A DNA stretch of 64,000 nucleotides from Felis catus. Taxonomy: Eukaryota. This document shows positions 59,816-64,000 of the stretch, piece after piece; positions within the stretch are counted from its first letter, which is position 1, and every line of letters begins with the position of its first letter. The stretch covers positions 60,760,001 to 60,824,000 of the forward strand of contig NC_058381.1 in the NCBI RefSeq assembly GCF_018350175.1. Direction: 5' to 3'. Under the pieces are notes generated by a model. That model searched no databases, was not told the origin of the DNA, and saw nothing but the letters and a program-made list of their open reading frames with translations. The position numbers and the translations under genes were made by a program.

Positions 59816-60952
59816 TAACAAGGAGGCACGTTGTATTCATAATTTAAGGTCTACGAAATAAAAGCCCCGGGCCCAGATAGCTGCGGTGAGTTCTAGGAAA
59901 TATTTAAAAATTCATACCAATCGTCTACAGACTCTTCTAAAAAACCAGAGGCGAGAACACTGCCTGACTCGTTCTGTGATGCCAGGAGTGTCCTGATGTG
60001 AAAACCAGTCAAAGGCTGGACACTAACGTTCTTCATAAGCACAAAACTCCAGGAGCATAAGAGGACTTACACACCATGACCAAGCGGTGTTGGCCCCAGA
60101 CGCAAAGGTGACCTGCTGTCTGAAGATTGGCGGCTGCACCGTGCGTTAACGGTGTGCACAGACACATGATTATCTCAACAGATTCAGGAGCATTTGGCAA
60201 AATCCAACACCTACTCAAGATTAAAAAAAAAAAAAAAAAAAAGGCCTCGATGAAGCAGGAATAGAGGAGAAGAGAGGGAGGGACTTCCTCTACCTGGTAA
60301 AAAGTATCCAGAAACTGCAGCTTCTAATGGACACAACCGTGAAAGGCTGAAGGCTTTTCCCCTCTGATCGGGGGCAGGGCGAGGGTGTCACCCTCTCACC
60401 CAAAACGGTGCTGGCGATTCTGGCGGGCCCAGCAAGGCAGGAAAAAGGAGTAAGCGCCCTATAGATAGGAACAAAAGAAAATGCCTCCTTTTGCCGGGAT
60501 CGTCTACATAGAAATTCCTCAGCAATCAAAAAAAAAAAAAAAAATCTACAGCTAAGAAGTGAGCTCAGTAAGGTCAATACACAAAAGTCAATCACATTTT
60601 TTAAGTCGTCTCTGTGCCCAATACGGGGCTCGAACTCAGGACCCCGAGATCAAGAGTGGATCGCTCCAGCAACTGAGCCAGCCAGGCGCCCCTCAATCCA
60701 GCTTTATATACGAAAGCAAACATGGGGAAACTGAAGTACTCTTTATGACCGATCCAACAGAAATTATTTACCTATGAATCTAACACAATATACACCAGGA
60801 TCTGTATGTTGATAATTACAAAATTCTAGTGAAAGAAATCAGAAGGGGGACGCCTGGTGGGCTCAGTCAGCAGAGCATGTGGCTCTTGATCTCAGGGCCG
60901 TGAGTTCACGCCTCCTTAAGCAGGGAGCCTACTTAAAAATAAGTTTAAAAAT

Positions 60953-61363
60953 TGGGGCGGCTGAGTGGCTCCATCGGTTGAGCGTCTGACTCTTGTTTTG
61001 GGCCTAGGTCATGACCTCATGATTCGTGGGATCGAGCCCTGCATCGGGCTCTGCGCTGACAGCACGGAGCCTGCTTGGGGTTCTCTCCCTCCCTCCCTCT
61101 CTCTGCCCCCTACCCCATCTCTCTCAGAATAAATCAACTTTTTTTTTTCAACGTTTTTTTTTTTTTTTTTTTTTTTTTGGAACAGAGAGAGACAGAGCAT
61201 GAACGGGGGAGGGGCAGAGAGAGAGGGAGACACAGAATCTGAAACGGGCTCCAGGCTCTGAGCCATCAGCCCAGAGCCTGACGCGGGGCTCGAACTCACG
61301 GACCGCGAGATCGTGACCTGGCTGAAGTCGGACACTTAACCGACTGCACCACCCAGGCGCCCC
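60953..61363. mobile_element. Older plus-strand SINE with a young minus-strand felid SINE inserted in its tail
   Basis: Plus SINE from ~60953; minus SINE 61144-61363; TSD TAAATCAACTTTTT at 61130-61143 and 61364-61377. Confidence 0.88.
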
Positions 61364-61651
61364 TAAATCAACTTTTTAAAAAAGAACACGGAAACTGAGG
61401 AAGACTCTCTATCATGGTTTGGAACGGCACACCATGGTCCCAGCCCAGACCATTCAAAGTTGTAAAGAGATCAGTTCTCTCCAATTCGATCCATAGATTT
61501 AGTGTAAGTGTACACAAGAAAAACCCAGCCAGTCCCTTGTAGATGTGGACAAGCTTACTCTAAATTTATATGGAAAAGCCAAGTGCCCGGAGGAGGTAAA
61601 GCAGTCTTGAAAACCAGGACTCCAAGGGGAGGGATGTTCTACCTGGTGTGG

Positions 61652-61652
<1 letters not shown>

Positions 61653-61689
<37 letters not shown>

Positions 61690-61690
61690 C
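61653..61690. repeat. G38 homopolymer
   Basis: Longest of several G/C runs in the window. Confidence 0.85.
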
Positions 61691-61852
61691 GGAGCCCAGG
61701 GGCATACCTGCACGGATTCGCCCTCACAGACTCTGGCGACCATGCGGAAGCAGTTCAGTGGAGGAACGGGAGCTTGTTCCAAAAACCGAGCAATTGAGCC
61801 TCCACAGGTGCAAAAAAACCAGAACCTCAAACCCTCTACAAAAAATTAACTC

Positions 61853-62075
61853 GGGGCGCCCGGGTGGCTCAGTCGGTTAAGCGTGGGACTTCGGCTCAGG
61901 TCATGATCTCGTGGTTCATGGGTTCCAGCCTCGCGTGGGGCTCTGCGCTGACAGCTCGGAGCCTGGGGCCTGCTTTGGATCCTGTGTCTCCCCCTCTCTG
62001 TACCCCTCCCCTGCTCACGCTCTGTGTCTCTCTGTCTCTCAATAATAAACACTTAAAAAAATTTTTTTTAATTAA
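61853..62075 (+). mobile_element. CAN-SINE
   Basis: GGGGCGCCCGGGTGGCTCAG head, AATAATAAAC tail. Confidence 0.9.
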
Positions 62076-63226
62076 CTCAATAAAATGTGCAACTATAAAT
62101 GTTTTAGAAAACACACAGGGAAGTGTCTTTGTATACAGGGTTGGGTGAGAAACGGTGACACGTGGCGTCAACGCGGAGATGTATGAAAGGGGAGCTTGGG
62201 GACGTGAACATCGTTGCAAGTAAAACCTTCCGCCACGTGGGAGCCTGGCTGCCGGGCACCGAGACACGCCGCAGACGGGGAGGAGGCGTCTGCGTCCGGT
62301 CGCCGCCCGGGATGTAAAGATCTGCCCAAACAGCAAAACCAGGGAGCCCGAGGATCCTCTGAATCCGCCCGAAGAAACCGAGAAGCGATGGCGGTAAGTG
62401 CGTGACTATAAAGGACGTTATGATCGACACACCTTGTCCTTTCCTTCCGCGACTTCGCAGTCGCCTGGGTGAACCGGGGCGCGTTGGGACTGTGACCCGC
62501 GGAAGGTCACGTACTTGCCAACAGCGGCCATGGGTCACGGGCGGGCGCCAGCCCTGCGGCCGGGGGAGAGGGCACGGCTGGCCCTTGCAGCCCAGAGGCG
62601 CGCGTGGGGGCAGCCGGGGCGGTAAGTAGGAAGGTTAGGAGAACGATCCCAAGACGGGCACTCGCCCGCCGTTCTCCTGGCCGTTTTGGTGGCAGAGCGA
62701 GGTCCCCTCCCTCGTTCCTGACATCGGCAACGTGGTCATCTGGAGGAAACGGGCAAACTCCTAAAAACGCAGGCTGCCGCAACTGAGTCCAGGAGAAACA
62801 CGACACCCGGAGGGGCCTCTGACAGGGCCCGTGACGGCCGCTGAGAAAGGGACGCTGAGTCTCCAGGGGCACGGATGGATGGTCCCAGGTTCGCGATGGC
62901 CTTGGAACGACAGATAGGTCGCAGAGCGCCGGGGGCGGGGCCAGCGAGGGCACCGGCGCCCCCACCGCAGGTGCCTCGAGGAGCCGTGCGGTGGCGGGAG
63001 ACGCTTGTGTCCTGGTTGCGGTGACAGTTGCCCGGGTTCACACAGGGGATACGGCTGCACGGAACCACACGTACCGGTGTCACTTTCCGTGCGTGCCTTG
63101 CTCCGTAGAGACACTCGGTGCTGTCACGGGGAAACGGGGGGGGGGGGGGTACACAGGCTGCAGAGGACCTCCCGCACATTGTTTGCAACTTCCTGTAAAC
63201 CTGTTTATATTTCTAAAGCTTCGTTC

Positions 63227-63440
63227 AGGGGCGCCCGGGTGGCTCAGTCGGTTCGGCTCAGGTCACGATCTCGCGGTCCGTGAGTTCGAGCCCCGCGTCG
63301 GGCTCCGTGCTGACTGCTCAGAGCCTGGAGTCTGTTTCGGATTCTGTGTCTCCCTCTCTGTCTCTGCCCCTCCCCCATTCATGCTCTGTCTCTCTCTGTC
63401 TCAAAAGTAAATAAACGTTAAAAAAAAATAATAAATAAAG
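63227..63440 (+). mobile_element. Felid SINE
   Basis: GGGGCGCCCGGGTGGCTCAG head, AAATAAACGTTAAAAAAA tail. Confidence 0.9.
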
Positions 63441-63444
63441 CTTT

Positions 63445-63930
63445 GTTCAAAGGAAGGGTAACTCACAGCGGCCAAGGCACGGAGGCAACCCGTGTCCGCC
63501 CACAGACGACGCGTGGGGAAAGAGGGATCTCGCCCGGCCGTGAACAAGGAGGAAGTCCTGCCATTCGTGACGACATGTCCCGACGCCAGGACTCCGTGCC
63601 GAGTGAAACGCGTCGGGGAAAGACCGGCACCGAGTGTCTCCGTCCCTCGGGGAGTGTGACAGGGGGCACGGTGGAGGGGCAGGGGCCGGGGGTGACGGAC
63701 AGCGCGGGGACGCTCGCGGAATCGACACTCGCGGGCGGTGCGCCTGCCCGAGCGGACCGGCCACGGGGTGAGATGGAGGTCGCGTTCGCCGCCCCGAGGA
63801 GGACCTCCGGGCCCCGTGCATCAGGTCACGCCCGGGACGTCTCGACCTCACCCGGTGTCCTAGGTCAGCTACCTCTGGAGCTTAAAGAGCGAAAACCGCT
63901 GAAGGTTTTGCCCGCACGGCGCGCTCCTCC
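63445..63930 (+). mobile_element. LINE-1 3'-end relic, strongly GC-shifted
   Basis: GGAGGCAACCCGTGTCC and AAGGAGGAAGTCCTGCCATTCGTGACGACATG correspond to L1M 3' segments as recalled. Confidence 0.55.
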
Positions 63931-64000
63931 GGCGGCCCGGGACGCTGAGCCCGTTTGCGCGGGTTTGCTGGGAAACCGCGTGCCTCCTCTTGTGAGGTGT

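Larger units (their letters stand above)
58930..61850 (+). mobile_element. Fragmented old LINE-1 ORF2 region with several inserted SINEs
   Basis: TGGTTTCTTGGAAAAGACTCAACAAAATTGACAAAACTTTAGCTA, GGCAAAATCCAACAC and CTAAAATTTATATGGAA-like L1 ORF2 segments; no open frame. Confidence 0.75.

Noticed and set aside
57500-64000. FASN 3' exons expected next by synteny
   Set aside because: Only SINE, LINE and MER relics were recognisable; FASN presumably lies beyond the window.

Overview
GC-rich mammalian genomic DNA; the dense felid-type CAN-SINEs point to a cat-family carnivore. By gene content and order it matches human 17q25.3 / mouse distal chr11: ASPSCR1 3' end (+), CENPX (-), LRRC45 (+), RAC3 (+), DCXR (-), a CBR2-like DCXR paralog (-), RFNG (-), GPS1 (+), DUS1L (-). 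I reconstructed exons by hand from GT-AG boundaries and frame continuity. Gene names and all human/mouse/pig comparisons are from memory and need a database check. Most of the supplied six-frame ORFs are artefacts of the high GC content. I found no wholly new biological system. The most notable observations are: (1) an intact 244-codon CBR2-type lung carbonyl reductase gene in tandem with DCXR; (2) a 127-bp exon-3 tract that looks homogenised by gene conversion between the two genes; (3) a deleted gamma-type ERV between them, with both LTRs, target-site duplication (TSD), PBS-Pro and a nested solo LTR; (4) two frame anomalies in DUS1L; (5) a TCF/LEF plus PBX-HOX/CDX motif cluster downstream of ASPSCR1 and CENPX. 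Two N gaps probably hide RAC3 exon 1 and the alternative first exon of GPS1.
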